Notes: generated by a model from the sequence alone, not told the origin. A stretch of 64,000 bases of DNA from an uncultured Gemmataceae bacterium (GCA_963750165.1 CAVVPN010000011.1:1568001-1632000); one strand, 5' to 3'. Shown: positions 19,463-30,191, numbered from the stretch's first letter. Numbers and translations: made by a program.

Positions 19463-20638
19463 ATGGCCGTACCGACCGCCCCCCCTGCCCGCACGGGCCG
19501 CCGCGTGCGCCGCGTCGTGCTGGTGTTCGCCACCGGTGCGGCCGTCGGCGCCGTGATCGCCGGCCTGGCGCTGCCCCGGGTCGCCGCCATGGGGGACGTG
19601 GAAGCCCTGGGGACCATTCTGTACTGGGCGGTGGCGTGGACGCTCGGCGTGCTGCTGCTGCGGCCGCTCGTCCGTGTGCGGCCGGGCTGGCTGCGCTGGC
19701 TGCTGACGCTGACCATCGTCCTGCCGGCGTTCTGGCTGACGGCGGACCTGTTCCACGCGCTGCTGCTGCGGCGCTGCTACGCCAACTGGGAGGCGGGCAT
19801 CGAGCGCGACCCGGCGACGGGGGTGCGCGTCGGCTGTGAGGAACGTCAGTACGGCAACGGCGCCACCGCTCTGCTGCTCGTCCACGGCTTCGCCGACTCG
19901 CCCGCCATCTGGACGCGCATGGCCCCGGTGCTGGCGGACCAGAAGGGTTACACCTGCTACACCCTGCGGCTGCCGTACTTCGCCGAGCCCTTCGACCGCT
20001 ATGCCGCGAGCAGTGCCGCCGGCTGGCGGGCGCACCTGGCCGCAGAACTGGAGCGGCTGCACCGGAAACATCCGCGGGTCGTGGTCGTCGCCCATTCGCT
20101 GGGAGGTGCGGTGGCGCTGGATTACCTGACCGACCACCCCGAAGCGGCGGACGGCCTGGTGCTGCTGGCGCCGCTGATCGCGGTGTCGAATCGGCGCAGC
20201 CCACTGCTGGCCGCGGAGACGTGGTTCCACCTCCTGGATCACACGCTGGTCTTCAGCGACCGCGTGGCCATGCTGCTGCCGCCGGACGTGCATGACCCGC
20301 AGGCGGCGGCCGAGATGAAGGAAGACCGCTTCATCCCGCGGACGATCTACCGTGAGATGTTCGGGCTGATCGACCGCAACCGGGCGCGGCCGCAGCAATT
20401 TTCGCTGCCGCTGCTGCTGGTGCTGTCACGCACGGACCAGGTGGTCGATAGCCCGACGGCGGAGCGGTTCTTCCACGACTGCGGCACGCCCGCGGCGGCG
20501 AAACTTTTGCTGTGGAAGGATCAGGCGGGCCACGTGCTGCCGATCGACACCGGCTGGCGGGAGCTGGTCGAGGACATCGACCGTTTCGTGCGCTGGGTCC
20601 CCGAACGGCACGAGATCATCCCGCGCATGAACGACTGA
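19463..20638 (+). CDS. Membrane-anchored alpha/beta hydrolase (esterase-like)
   Basis: N-terminal TM helices; LVHGF, AHSLGG nucleophile elbow, DQVV, GHVLP. Confidence 0.85.
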   Translation: MAVPTAPPARTGRRVRRVVLVFATGAAVGAVIAGLALPRVAAMGDVEALGTILYWAVAWTLGVLLLRPLVRVRPGWLRWLLTLTIVLPAFWLTADLFHALLLRRCYANWEAGIERDPATGVRVGCEERQYGNGATALLLVHGFADSPAIWTRMAPVLADQKGYTCYTLRLPYFAEPFDRYAASSAAGWRAHLAAELERLHRKHPRVVVVAHSLGGAVALDYLTDHPEAADGLVLLAPLIAVSNRRSPLLAAETWFHLLDHTLVFSDRVAMLLPPDVHDPQAAAEMKEDRFIPRTIYREMFGLIDRNRARPQQFSLPLLLVLSRTDQVVDSPTAERFFHDCGTPAAAKLLLWKDQAGHVLPIDTGWRELVEDIDRFVRWVPERHEIIPRMND

Positions 20639-20646
20639 GGGACGCC

Positions 20647-21651
20647 ATGTACCGCCCTGTTCCGCTCCCGGTCGATGACGCCGGCCGTTTTTGCAGCGCC
20701 GCCGGGCTGCCGCCGGTCAGCCCCGAAACGCTGGCCCGGCAGCGGCCCGACGGTCTGTTGCTGCTGGCCGGCGCGACCGACCGCCCCGGCGGTCGCGCAG
20801 CGCTGTGGTGGCACGACACGCCGCCGCTAGAGGGCCAGCGTCTGGGACTGATCGGCCACTACTTCGCCGCCGACGCCGCCGCGGCTGCGGCGCTGCTGCA
20901 GGCGGCGTGCGCACAGTTGGCCGCCCAGGGCTGTACGCTGGCGGTCGGGCCGATGGACGGCAACACCTGGCAGCGCTATCGGCTGGTGACGGCCCGCGGC
21001 AGTGAGCCGCCGTTTTTCCTGGAGCCGGACAACCCCGACGACTGGCCCGCTCACTTCACCGACCACGGCTTCACCGAACTGGCCCACTACCACTCGTCGC
21101 TCAACACGGACCTGGACCGCGCGGATCCGCGCATGGCGGAGGTCACTCGCCGCGTCGCGGCAGCAGGGATCACCCTGCGACCGCTGCGGCTCGACCGCTT
21201 CGAGGAGGAACTGCACCACATCCACGCTCTGTCACTGCTGGCCTTCCGCAACAACTTCCTGTACACGCCGATCAGCCTGGAGGATTTTCTCGCCCAGTAC
21301 AGCCCGGTGCGCCGCCACGTCCGGCCGGAGCTGGCGCTGCTGGCCGAGCAGGACGGCCGGCTCATCGGCTACCTGTTCGCACTGCCCGACCTGCTCAAGT
21401 CCCAGCGCTGCCAGGCGCTCGACACCGTGATCCTGAAGACAGTGGCCGTCCAGCCCGAACACGGCGGCCTCGGCCTCGGCGGTCTGCTGGTGGCGCGCGT
21501 CCAGGAGGTGGCCCGCCGGCTCGGCTTCCGCCGCGCCATCCACGCGTTGATGCACGAGACGAACCGCTCCGGCCGCATCAGCAGCCACACCGCGACGATC
21601 TTCCGCCGCTATGCCCTGTTCGCCCGGCCGCTGGGCCAGGACCGGCCATGA
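20647..21651 (+). CDS. GNAT family N-acetyltransferase
   Basis: GPMDGNTWQRYR; AVQPEHGGLGLG acetyl-CoA binding loop. Confidence 0.82.
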   Translation: MYRPVPLPVDDAGRFCSAAGLPPVSPETLARQRPDGLLLLAGATDRPGGRAALWWHDTPPLEGQRLGLIGHYFAADAAAAAALLQAACAQLAAQGCTLAVGPMDGNTWQRYRLVTARGSEPPFFLEPDNPDDWPAHFTDHGFTELAHYHSSLNTDLDRADPRMAEVTRRVAAAGITLRPLRLDRFEEELHHIHALSLLAFRNNFLYTPISLEDFLAQYSPVRRHVRPELALLAEQDGRLIGYLFALPDLLKSQRCQALDTVILKTVAVQPEHGGLGLGGLLVARVQEVARRLGFRRAIHALMHETNRSGRISSHTATIFRRYALFARPLGQDRP

Positions 21652-23228
21652 ACCTCGCTCATCTGTTGCGCGACCAGGCGACCGCCCGGCCGCACGCCCC
21701 CGCCATTCTGGACGTCCACGGCGGCCGGCCGCGGCGCACCACCTTCGCCGAGCTGGACCGCGCTGCCGCCCGCGCCGCCGGCCTGCTGTGGCGGCACGGC
21801 CTGCGTCCCGGCGACGCGGTGCTCGTCTTCCACAAAATGTCCGCCGAACTGTACGTCGCCCTGAGCGCGCTGTTCCGCCTACGGCTGGTGGCCATGTTCC
21901 TCGACCCGTCCGCCGGCCGTGCGCACATCGAACGCTGCTGCGCATTGCAGCGGCCGCGGGCGCTGATCGCCGGCACGAAGGCGCACCTGCTGCGGCTGTG
22001 GTCGCCGGCGCTGCGCGACATCCCGACGCACTTCGTCATCGGCTGGCCGGTGCCGGGGGCCGTCCGCTGGGACGCCTGCGCCTGGACGCCGCCGCGCGAC
22101 GCGATTGAGGACTGCGCCGCCGACACGCCCGCCCTGCTGACCTTCACCAGCGGCAGCACCGGTCAGCCCAGGGCGGCGGTGCGGACACACGGTTTCCTGC
22201 GCGCCCAGCACGCGGTGCTGGCGGACAGCCTGCACCTGACGCCCGGCGACGTGGATGTAGCGACGCTGCCGATTGTGCTGCTGGCCAACCTCGCGTCCGG
22301 CGTGACCAGCCTGGTCCCGGCCGGCGACCTGCGGGCGCCCGGCGAGATCGACCCCGGCCCGGTGCTGGCGCAGATTCGGGCACACGCGGCATCCAGTGCC
22401 GTGGCGTCACCGGCGTTCTTCGAGCGCCTGGCCCGCCACGCTGCCGAGCATGGCGTCACGCTGCCGACGCTGCGGAAGCTGTTCACCGGCGGGGCGCCGG
22501 TGTTTTCGCGGCTGCTGGAGCAGGCGCAGCGGCTGGCGCCGCACGCCGAGGTGGTGGCGGTCTACGGTTCGACGGAAGCGGAGCCGATCGCGCACATCGC
22601 TCGGCACGAGCTGCAACCCGAGGACCACCTGGCGATGCTGGCTGGCCGCGGCCTGCTGGCGGGCGTGCCCGTGGCGTCGATCCGGCTGCGCATCCTGCGC
22701 GACCACTGGGGCAAGCCGGTCGGGCCGTGGACGGCTGCCGCGTTCGCCGCCGCCTGTCAGCCCGCGGGTCGGCCGGGCGAAATTATGGTCAGCGGTGCGC
22801 ACGTGCTGCCGGGCTACCTGCACGGCCAGGGCGACGAGGAGACGAAGTTCCGCGTGGACGGCGTCGTGTGGCACCGCACTGGCGACGCGGGCTACCTGGA
22901 CGACGCGGGCCGGTTGTGGTTGCTGGGCCGGTGTGCGGCGCGCATCCACGACGACCGCGGCGAGCTGTACCCATTCGCGGCGGAGACGGCGGTGTATCAG
23001 CACCCAGAAGTGCGGCGGGCGGCGCTGGTGGCACACCGCGGCCGCCGGGTGCTGGTAGTGGAGTGCTACCCGAGCGCTCGGCCGGTGGCGGCCGGCGTGT
23101 TGCAACAGGAGTTGGCGTGGGCGATGTTGGATGAAGTGCGGCTGTGCGCGCGCGTGCCGGTGGATAAGCGGCACAACGCCAAGGTCGATTACCCGGCCCT
23201 GCGGCAGTTGCTGGAAAATACTTCGTAG
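21648..23228 (+). CDS. AMP-dependent synthetase/ligase, OleC-like
   Basis: FTSGSTGQPR, YGSTEAEP, WHRTGDAG, PVDKRHNAKVD. Confidence 0.88.
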   Translation: MNLAHLLRDQATARPHAPAILDVHGGRPRRTTFAELDRAAARAAGLLWRHGLRPGDAVLVFHKMSAELYVALSALFRLRLVAMFLDPSAGRAHIERCCALQRPRALIAGTKAHLLRLWSPALRDIPTHFVIGWPVPGAVRWDACAWTPPRDAIEDCAADTPALLTFTSGSTGQPRAAVRTHGFLRAQHAVLADSLHLTPGDVDVATLPIVLLANLASGVTSLVPAGDLRAPGEIDPGPVLAQIRAHAASSAVASPAFFERLARHAAEHGVTLPTLRKLFTGGAPVFSRLLEQAQRLAPHAEVVAVYGSTEAEPIAHIARHELQPEDHLAMLAGRGLLAGVPVASIRLRILRDHWGKPVGPWTAAAFAAACQPAGRPGEIMVSGAHVLPGYLHGQGDEETKFRVDGVVWHRTGDAGYLDDAGRLWLLGRCAARIHDDRGELYPFAAETAVYQHPEVRRAALVAHRGRRVLVVECYPSARPVAAGVLQQELAWAMLDEVRLCARVPVDKRHNAKVDYPALRQLLENTS

Positions 23229-23399
23229 CCGACACGACGGTTGGCCGCCGCATCCCTCCCCAACCGGTCGAGAAGGTCACCAGTGCGTGCGACCCAGGGC
23301 GACGGGATGGAGCCGACAAAACCCGGTGCGAATGATTGACAGGTTGCGCCGGAGCGTGGATACTCAATTATTCTCTCTGGGAAGATGCTGGGGTCCACC

Positions 23400-23637
23400 C
23401 TGCCAGCGCGGTGCGCAGTGGCGTGGACCACAACCGGCAGGCCAGCGCTGCCAGGGGGCCAAATCTCGACGTCTGAAAAAGTTGGCACCCTTGGCCCCCT
23501 TGGCCCCCTTGCTGTGGCAACCGCCGCCGCTGGTGGTCGCGCCGTGCCACTCCCACGCGGCCAGGGCGCCCAATCTCGACGTATGAAAAAGTTGGCACCC
23601 TTGGCACCCTTGGCACCCTTGCTCTGTCAGCGCAGGC
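23400..23637 (+). repeat. ~240-bp structured dispersed repeat, copy 1 (two 110-bp-period units, each with 3x 9-nt microrepeats)
   Basis: ATCTCGACGTnTGAAAAAGTTGGC at 23463 and 23573, each followed by (TTGGCnCCC)x3. Confidence 0.88.
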
Positions 23638-23781
23638 CCCTGGTGGTCAGCCCGTGCCCGCCGTCCCACCCCGGCGCGCTCCGCGTGCGAACCGCGCGTA
23701 ATGTTACAGCGAGCGGGGTCGCGTCAGCGGTTTCCTGCCCGGTGCGTCGGCCGCACAGCGCGACACCTTGAGGATGACCTT

Positions 23782-26250
23782 ATGCGTGCGATGACCCTCC
23801 TCCTTGGCTCAGCGTTGGCTCTGGTGCCGGCGTCATCGGCCCGCGGACAACAGCCGTCTGGCAAGGCCAGGGATTTCTTTGAAAGCCACATCCGGCCCGT
23901 GCTGGTGACGCACTGCTACGGCTGTCATTCGAAAGAGGCGGCGAAACCGAAAGGAAACTTTCGCCTCGATCAACTCTCCCTGGATTTCGCCGACCGCGAC
24001 AGCCGGGACGCCTGGCTGGCGGTGGCGAAGCGCATCCAGGCGGGCGAGATGCCCCCGAAAGCGAAGCCGCGCCCGCCCCAGAAGGCGCTCCGGGCCGTGC
24101 TCGACTGGATCGACGCCGGTGTCAAGACGGCGGACGCGCGCCGTGCCGCCGAGGGCCGGGTCGTTCTGCGGCGGCTCAACCGGGTCGAGTACGAGAACAC
24201 CGTGCGCGACCTGCTGGGGGTGCCCGTTGAGCTGAAAGACTTGCTGCCGCTGGACGGCTCGGCAAACGGCTTTGACAACGTCGCCGACGCACTGCACGTC
24301 TCCTCGTTCTTGATGGAGAAGTATCTGGAAGGAGCTGAACGCGCCCTGAACCTGGCCATCGCCAACGGGCCGCAGCCGCCGGTGGTCAAGAAGCGCTACA
24401 GCCTGAAGGACACGCACCACATCAAGACGACCCAGGAGAAGGTCAACCTCAAGCGAGACGACGGCACGGTGGTGCTCTTCAGTTCGTCTGCCTGGCAAGC
24501 GGTGGTCCTGTCGCCGTTTTATCCGCCGCACCGCGGCACGTACCGCTTCCGCATCTCCGCCTCCGGTTTCCAGAGCGCCGGCAAGCCGGTCACCTATCGC
24601 GTGGACGCCGGCACCATGTTGATGGCGGGCAAGAATCATCTGGTGGGCTACTTCGACGCCCCCGCCGACAAGCCGGCCGTGCTGGAATTCCTCGATCACC
24701 TGGAAGCCCGGAGCACCATTCGCCTGCTGCCCTACGGACTGGCGAGCGCCCAGGCCGTCCACAAGATCGGCGCCGACAAGTACACGGGCCAGGGGCTGGC
24801 CGTGCAGTGGGTGGAGGTGGAAGGTCCGCTGCACGACGTCTGGCCGCCCGAGAGCCACCGCCGCATCTTCGGCGACCTGCCGCAAAAACCCGCGCCCGTT
24901 TACAACAACGGCAAACGAGTGGAGGTCGTTTCCAAAAACCCCGAGGCGGACGCCGAACGCATCCTGCGCGGCTTCGCCCGCCGCGCCTTTCGGCGGTCGG
25001 TCACCGACGACGACCTGAAGCCGTTCCTGAAGCTGGTCAAGGGCCGGCTGGCGGAGAAGTACACGTTCGAGCAGGCCGTGCGCGTGGGCCTCATGGCCGT
25101 GATGGTGTCGCCGGAGTTCCTGTTCCTGCGTGAACGACCCCCTCACCCTACCCTCTCCCCCAGGGGTGGGGGAGAGGGTAGGGTGAGGGGGATCGACGAC
25201 TTCGCCCTGGCGAGCCGGCTGTCCTACTTCCTGTGGAGCACCATGCCGGACGACGAGTTGCTCACCCTGGCCGGGCAAGGCAAACTGAGTCCGCCGGCGA
25301 CCCTGCGCCAGCAGGTCGAGCGCATGCTCAAACACCCGAAGGCGGCGGCCTTCACCGAGAACTTCGTCGGCCAGTGGCTCGGGCTGCGCGAGATTGACGC
25401 CACCATCCCGAGCCACATTCTCTACCCGGAATACGACGACATGCTCAAGCACTCGATGCTCCGGGAGACCTACCTGTTCTTTGACGAGGTGTTGAAACAC
25501 GACCTGAGCCTGACCAACTTTGTCCACTCCGATTTCACCATGCTCAACGGCCGGCTGGCGAAGCATTATGGCATCCCCGGCGTGGACGGCTGGGAGTTCA
25601 AGAAGGTAGCGCTGCCGAAAGACAGCCACCGCGGCGGCGTGCTGACGATGGCAAGCGTGCTCAAGGTGACTGCCAACGGCACCTACACCTCGCCGATTCA
25701 GCGCGGGGCGTTCGTGCTGGAACGCATCCTCGGGACGCCACCCCCGCGACCGCCCGAGGGCATCTCGGCCATCGAACCGGACATTCGCGGCGCCAAAACC
25801 ATTCGCCAGCAGTTGGCCAAGCACCGCAACGTGGAGACCTGCGCGAGTTGTCACGCCAAAATCGACCCGCCCGGATTCGCCCTGGAGAGCTTCGACGTGA
25901 TCGGTGGTTGGCGCGACCACTACCGGACCAGCGGCAACGGCAAACCGGTCATCGTGGCCGGCCGCAGGATGCCGTACCTTCAGGGGCCAAAGGTGGACCC
26001 CGCCGACGTGCTGCCGGACGGGCGGAAGTTTGGTAACATCGATGAGTTCAAGCAACTGTTATTGAAGGACAGGAAGCAACTCGCCCGCGCCCTGACCGAA
26101 CGGCTGGTGACCTACGCGACCGGCGCGGCGCCACGGCCGGCGGATCAACCGGCGATCGAGGCGATTGTCCGCGCCACCGGCGAGCGGAACTACGGGCTGC
26201 GGACACTGGTGCAGGAGATTGTGCAGAGTAAACTGTTCCAGAGCAAATAG
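23782..26250 (+). CDS. DUF1592-domain protein (planctomycete cytochrome c-like, PSD-type domains)
   Basis: CYGCH, RRLNRVEYENT, ALASRLSYFLWSTMPD, FVGQWL, CASCHAKIDPPG. Confidence 0.92.
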   Translation: MRAMTLLLGSALALVPASSARGQQPSGKARDFFESHIRPVLVTHCYGCHSKEAAKPKGNFRLDQLSLDFADRDSRDAWLAVAKRIQAGEMPPKAKPRPPQKALRAVLDWIDAGVKTADARRAAEGRVVLRRLNRVEYENTVRDLLGVPVELKDLLPLDGSANGFDNVADALHVSSFLMEKYLEGAERALNLAIANGPQPPVVKKRYSLKDTHHIKTTQEKVNLKRDDGTVVLFSSSAWQAVVLSPFYPPHRGTYRFRISASGFQSAGKPVTYRVDAGTMLMAGKNHLVGYFDAPADKPAVLEFLDHLEARSTIRLLPYGLASAQAVHKIGADKYTGQGLAVQWVEVEGPLHDVWPPESHRRIFGDLPQKPAPVYNNGKRVEVVSKNPEADAERILRGFARRAFRRSVTDDDLKPFLKLVKGRLAEKYTFEQAVRVGLMAVMVSPEFLFLRERPPHPTLSPRGGGEGRVRGIDDFALASRLSYFLWSTMPDDELLTLAGQGKLSPPATLRQQVERMLKHPKAAAFTENFVGQWLGLREIDATIPSHILYPEYDDMLKHSMLRETYLFFDEVLKHDLSLTNFVHSDFTMLNGRLAKHYGIPGVDGWEFKKVALPKDSHRGGVLTMASVLKVTANGTYTSPIQRGAFVLERILGTPPPRPPEGISAIEPDIRGAKTIRQQLAKHRNVETCASCHAKIDPPGFALESFDVIGGWRDHYRTSGNGKPVIVAGRRMPYLQGPKVDPADVLPDGRKFGNIDEFKQLLLKDRKQLARALTERLVTYATGAAPRPADQPAIEAIVRATGERNYGLRTLVQEIVQSKLFQSK
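25138..25191. repeat. 54-nt perfect palindrome inserted in-frame within the CDS
   Basis: CCCCCTCACCCTACCCTCTCCCCCA-GGGG-TGGGGGAGAGGGTAGGGTGAGGGGG, encoding PPHPTLSPRGGGEGRVRG. Confidence 0.9.
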
Positions 26251-26391
26251 CCGGCGAAGATCACCCGAGAAGGGACCATGACGCCGACAAGCCATGATTG
26301 AATTTGTTCTGGATACCGATTCAAGCAGGTTCGGAGTTGAAGATCGTGAGTTGGTCGGGTTGTTGAACTAAAACCAGCAACGGGAGCTAAG

Positions 26392-27657
26392 ATGCCGTTC
26401 AAATCTCTCAACCGCCGCACCTTCCTCCGCGCCGCCGGCGTCTCGCTGGCACTGCCCTGGCTCGATGCCCTCGCGCCGGCCCAGAACGCCGCGCCGGTGC
26501 CGCGGCGCATGGTCTGCATCTGCACGCCGCTCGGGTTGCATCCGGCTTACTTCTTCCCCCAGGCTGCGGGCCGCGACTACGCACTCACCCCCTACCTGGA
26601 GGTTCTCCGCGACTTCCGCAACGACTTCACGGTCTGTTCCAACCTGGCGCACCCGGAAGTCGGTCCCAGTCACGATTCCATCTTCAGCTTCCTGACGGCC
26701 GCGCCGCACCCCGAACGGTGCGCGGGCTTCCGCAACCGCGTCTCGCTGGACCAGTTCGCCGCCAGCCACATCGGCAGTGAAACGCGCTTCCCGAGCCTGG
26801 TGCTGTCGTGCGAGGGTTTTAGCCTCTCCTGGACGCGCAGCGGCGCCATCGTGCCGTCGGACAGTTACCCGAGCAGCGTGTTCGCGCGGCTGTTCCTGCA
26901 GGGGCGGCCCGCGGAAGTGGAGGCCCAGGTCCGCCGGCTGCGCGACGGCCGCAGCATTCTCGACGCCGTCAGCGATCAGACCCGGAGCCTGCAACCGCGG
27001 CTCGGCAGCGGCGACCGCGACCGGCTGGACGAGTATTTCAGCAGCGTCCGCGACCTGGAGCGCGGCCTGGCCCGGTCGGAGGCGTGGGCGCGGCGGCCCC
27101 GGCCGACGGTCAACGTGCCGCCGCCGCAGAACATCGCCAACCCGGCGGACGTAGTCGGCAAGGCCCGGCTCATGTTCGACCTCATCCACCTGGCACTGCA
27201 AACCGACTCCACCCGGCTCGTCACGCTGCTGCTGCTGGGCACGAGCCTGGTGCCGCCGATCCCGGGGGTGAGCCTGGGCCATCACGACCTGTCGCACCAC
27301 GGCCAGGACCCGAACAAGATCGCGCAGCTCCGCGCCGTGGAGCTGGAAAAGCTGCGGGCCTTCCGCGCCTTCCTGGTCAAACTCCGGGACACGCGCGAGC
27401 AAGGCGCCCGCTTGCTCGACCGCACCGCGGTGTTCTTCAGCAGCAACCTGGGCAACGCCAGCAGCCATTCCACCCGAAACCTGCCGGTCTTGCTGGCGGG
27501 CGGCGGTTTCCGGCACGGCCAGCACCTGGCCTTCCCGGCGAACAACCCGCCGCCGCTGTCCAACCTGTATGTGAGCATGCTCCGCCGCCTGGGCCTCAAC
27601 GTGGACCGCTTTGGTTCCAGCACGGGGACACTGCCGGGCCTGGAGACGGCCGGCTGA
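26392..27657 (+). CDS. DUF1552 family protein (Tat-like RRTFLR signal)
   Basis: LNRRTFLRAAGVSLALPWL, ALQTDSTR, HDLSHHG, SHSTRNLPVLLAGG. Usual partner of DUF1592. Confidence 0.92.
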   Translation: MPFKSLNRRTFLRAAGVSLALPWLDALAPAQNAAPVPRRMVCICTPLGLHPAYFFPQAAGRDYALTPYLEVLRDFRNDFTVCSNLAHPEVGPSHDSIFSFLTAAPHPERCAGFRNRVSLDQFAASHIGSETRFPSLVLSCEGFSLSWTRSGAIVPSDSYPSSVFARLFLQGRPAEVEAQVRRLRDGRSILDAVSDQTRSLQPRLGSGDRDRLDEYFSSVRDLERGLARSEAWARRPRPTVNVPPPQNIANPADVVGKARLMFDLIHLALQTDSTRLVTLLLLGTSLVPPIPGVSLGHHDLSHHGQDPNKIAQLRAVELEKLRAFRAFLVKLRDTREQGARLLDRTAVFFSSNLGNASSHSTRNLPVLLAGGGFRHGQHLAFPANNPPPLSNLYVSMLRRLGLNVDRFGSSTGTLPGLETAG

Positions 27658-27678
27658 AGCACAGCGCCGAGGGCACGC

Positions 27679-28437
27679 ATGAGCAGCGACACGGACATCT
27701 GGGAGGTGCCCGGAGCCCCCTGGCCGCCGCTGCCCGACGACGAGGTTCACGTCTGGCGCGTGTGCGTCTCGCGCACTGAGCCGCGGTTGGCCGAGCTGGA
27801 GCCGCTGCTCGCGCCGGAGGAGGCCACACGGGCGGCGCGCTTCAAGGTGGCGCACGGCCGGCTCACCTTCACGCTCGGCCGCGGTCTGCTGCGCGTGCTC
27901 CTGGGGAACTACGTCGGGCAACCGCCCACGGCCCTGCAATTCACGACCAACGCTCACGGCAAACCGGCGCTCCTTCCCGGGCCGGGTGACGGCGGCCTGC
28001 AATTCAACCTGTCCCACTCCGGCGACTGGCTGGTGTACGCCGTGACCCGTGGCCGCGCCGTGGGCATCGACGTGGAGCGAATGCGGCTGCTAACCACGCT
28101 CACGGACCTGGCCCGCCGCTTCTTCGCACCGCGCGAGGTGGCGCAACTGCTCGCGCTGCCGCAGGGGCAGCGACAGGAGGCGTTCTTTCATTGCTGGGCG
28201 CGCAAGGAAGCGTACATCAAGGCGGTGGGCCGCGGCCTGAACATCCCGCTGGATCAGTTCGAGGTGTCGCTGGTTCCTGGCGAGTCGGCGCGGTTGGTGG
28301 CCGCCAGCGAGGAGGCCGCGGTCCCTGGCCCGTGGGGCATGCAAGCGCTCACCGTGGCCGTGGGCTACGCAGCCGCCATCGCGGTTCAGGGATCAAGTTG
28401 GCGATTGCGCTGCTGGGAAGGGGCATTCGGGCTCTGA
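27679..28437 (+). CDS. Sfp-type 4'-phosphopantetheinyl transferase
   Basis: GKP, FNLSHSG, VGIDVE, WARKEAYIKAVG. Confidence 0.93.
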   Translation: MSSDTDIWEVPGAPWPPLPDDEVHVWRVCVSRTEPRLAELEPLLAPEEATRAARFKVAHGRLTFTLGRGLLRVLLGNYVGQPPTALQFTTNAHGKPALLPGPGDGGLQFNLSHSGDWLVYAVTRGRAVGIDVERMRLLTTLTDLARRFFAPREVAQLLALPQGQRQEAFFHCWARKEAYIKAVGRGLNIPLDQFEVSLVPGESARLVAASEEAAVPGPWGMQALTVAVGYAAAIAVQGSSWRLRCWEGAFGL

Positions 28438-28500
28438 CCAGAAGTGGCGTACCGCGCACAACCGCCCGTCGCACGGCGGCCCGATGGCGGCCAGGTCGGC

Positions 28501-28812
28501 TCAATTGCCGTGGCCAGTTCCACCCTGGTTCGGCAGATCGGGCCACTTACCATTCCGATCCACCCAGCGGATCGCGAGCCAGGACCAGACGGCCCCCGCA
28601 GCGCAGATGCAAGCGCCCGTCAACCCGACTGGCAGCGCGAGCGCACCCAGAAAGGAACTACTCCCCAGTTCGATGGCAACCGCGAGGAGCCCGAGGCACG
28701 TAAGCAGGACGAACAGGCCGGCAAGGGGCAGGGCCGCGGAACGCTTCATGCTTTCGCGCATTACCAGGCGCACCCACTGCGGACGCCGCTCAGGGTTTTC
28801 TTCAGCAGCCAT
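28501..28812 (-). CDS. Small membrane protein
   Basis: Two hydrophobic helices; RBS-like GGAGGAG upstream. Confidence 0.6.
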   Translation of the reverse strand: MAAEENPERRPQWVRLVMRESMKRSAALPLAGLFVLLTCLGLLAVAIELGSSSFLGALALPVGLTGACICAAGAVWSWLAIRWVDRNGKWPDLPNQGGTGHGN

Positions 28813-29070
28813 ACGCTCCTCCTTCGCACGACGGCCTGGCTCAGCGGGTCAGAGAAAAGCGCGAACGCGGGCCGTCCGCGCGGACGTTTCGGGGTGGTGG
28901 AAGAACAGCCAGGGCGGTCCCGTATTGGCCAAGGTATTCAACCGGGTGCTCTGTAGCAAGCAGGGACACCGGGACTTTGAGCGGTTTGCTCGGACGATCT
29001 GTGGCGCTGGTTGTCGGCCGCGGCGCCCTTACAATGAAGCGGGGAGCCCGAAACCAGAAGTCCTTACCTG

Positions 29071-30068
29071 ATGCCAACCAACTTCGCCATCCTCGGGGCC
29101 GGCGCCTGGGGCACCGCGGTCGCCCTGGTGCTCGCCCAGCAACTCGACCACCACGTCCGCCTGTGGATTCACCGCCCCGAGCACGCCCGCGAATTCCTGG
29201 AGCGCCGCGAGAACGTCCGCCTGCTGCCCGGCGTGCCCATCCCGCCGGAGGTGCTGCTGACCACCGACCTGCAGGCCGCCGTCGCCGGCGCCGACCTGCT
29301 CGTCTTCGCCATCCCCACCGTGTATCTGCGACCCACCCTTGGGCGTGTCGCCGCCGAGCTGCCGCGGCACCTGCCCGTCCTCAGTCTCGCCAAGGGCATC
29401 GAGAACGACACCTTCCTGCGGCCCAGCGAAATCCTGCAACAGCTGCTCGCCGTGGACGCCATCGCGGTGCTGAGCGGCCCGAGCCACGCGGAGGAGGTCG
29501 GTCGTGGTCTGCCCACCACGGTGGTCGTGGCCAGCGGCGACCTGGGCCTGGCGCGCTGGATTCAGCAGCACCTGACGACGGAGCGCTTCCGCGTTTACAC
29601 AAACCTGGACGTGATCGGCGTCGAACTGGCGGGGGCGTTGAAGAACGTCATCGGCATTGCGGCCGGCATCGGCGACGGCCTGGACTGCGGCGATAACGGC
29701 AAGGCGGCGCTGCTGACGCGCGGCCTGGTGGAGATGCGCCGCTTCGGCGTGGCACTCGGGGCGGAGCCACAGACGTTCGCGGGGCTGGCGGGCATGGGCG
29801 ATCTGATCACGACCTGTTACAGCCGACATGGCCGCAACCGCCATGTCGGCGAACTGCTGGGCGCGGCCGGAAGTTACGCGACATCCTCGCTGGCACGCCA
29901 ATGGTGGCCGAGGGCGTGTACACGGCGCGCAGCGTCCATGATCGGGCGCAGCAGATGGGCCTGGCCATGCCGATCACCGCCGAGGTGTACCGCGTCCTGT
30001 ACGAGGACAAGGAACCGCGTGCCGCCGTCAACGACCTGATGCTGCGACAGCCGACGAGCGAACTCTGA
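29071..30068 (+). CDS. gpsA: NAD(P)H-dependent glycerol-3-phosphate dehydrogenase (frameshift ~29862, probably a sequencing error)
   Basis: GAGAWGTA, KGIE, LSGPSHA, GALKNV, GMGDLITTCYSRHGRN. The C-terminus VAEGVYT...MPIT resumes in the -1 frame to TGA at 30068. Confidence 0.93.
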
Positions 30069-30191
30069 CGCCGCGGCTGAGATGGCAGCCCTGGTCAACG
30101 CCCATCGACCGCGGGGCGCCGCTCCGATCCAGGCGACCGCCATCCCGATCAGACTGGACGACGACGGCACCGGCAACGCCGTGGCCGCGTT

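Noticed and set aside
23400..23637. 110-bp-period repeats as a CRISPR array
   Set aside because: Only two units, the intervening sequence is conserved between copies rather than being a unique spacer, and no cas genes are present.
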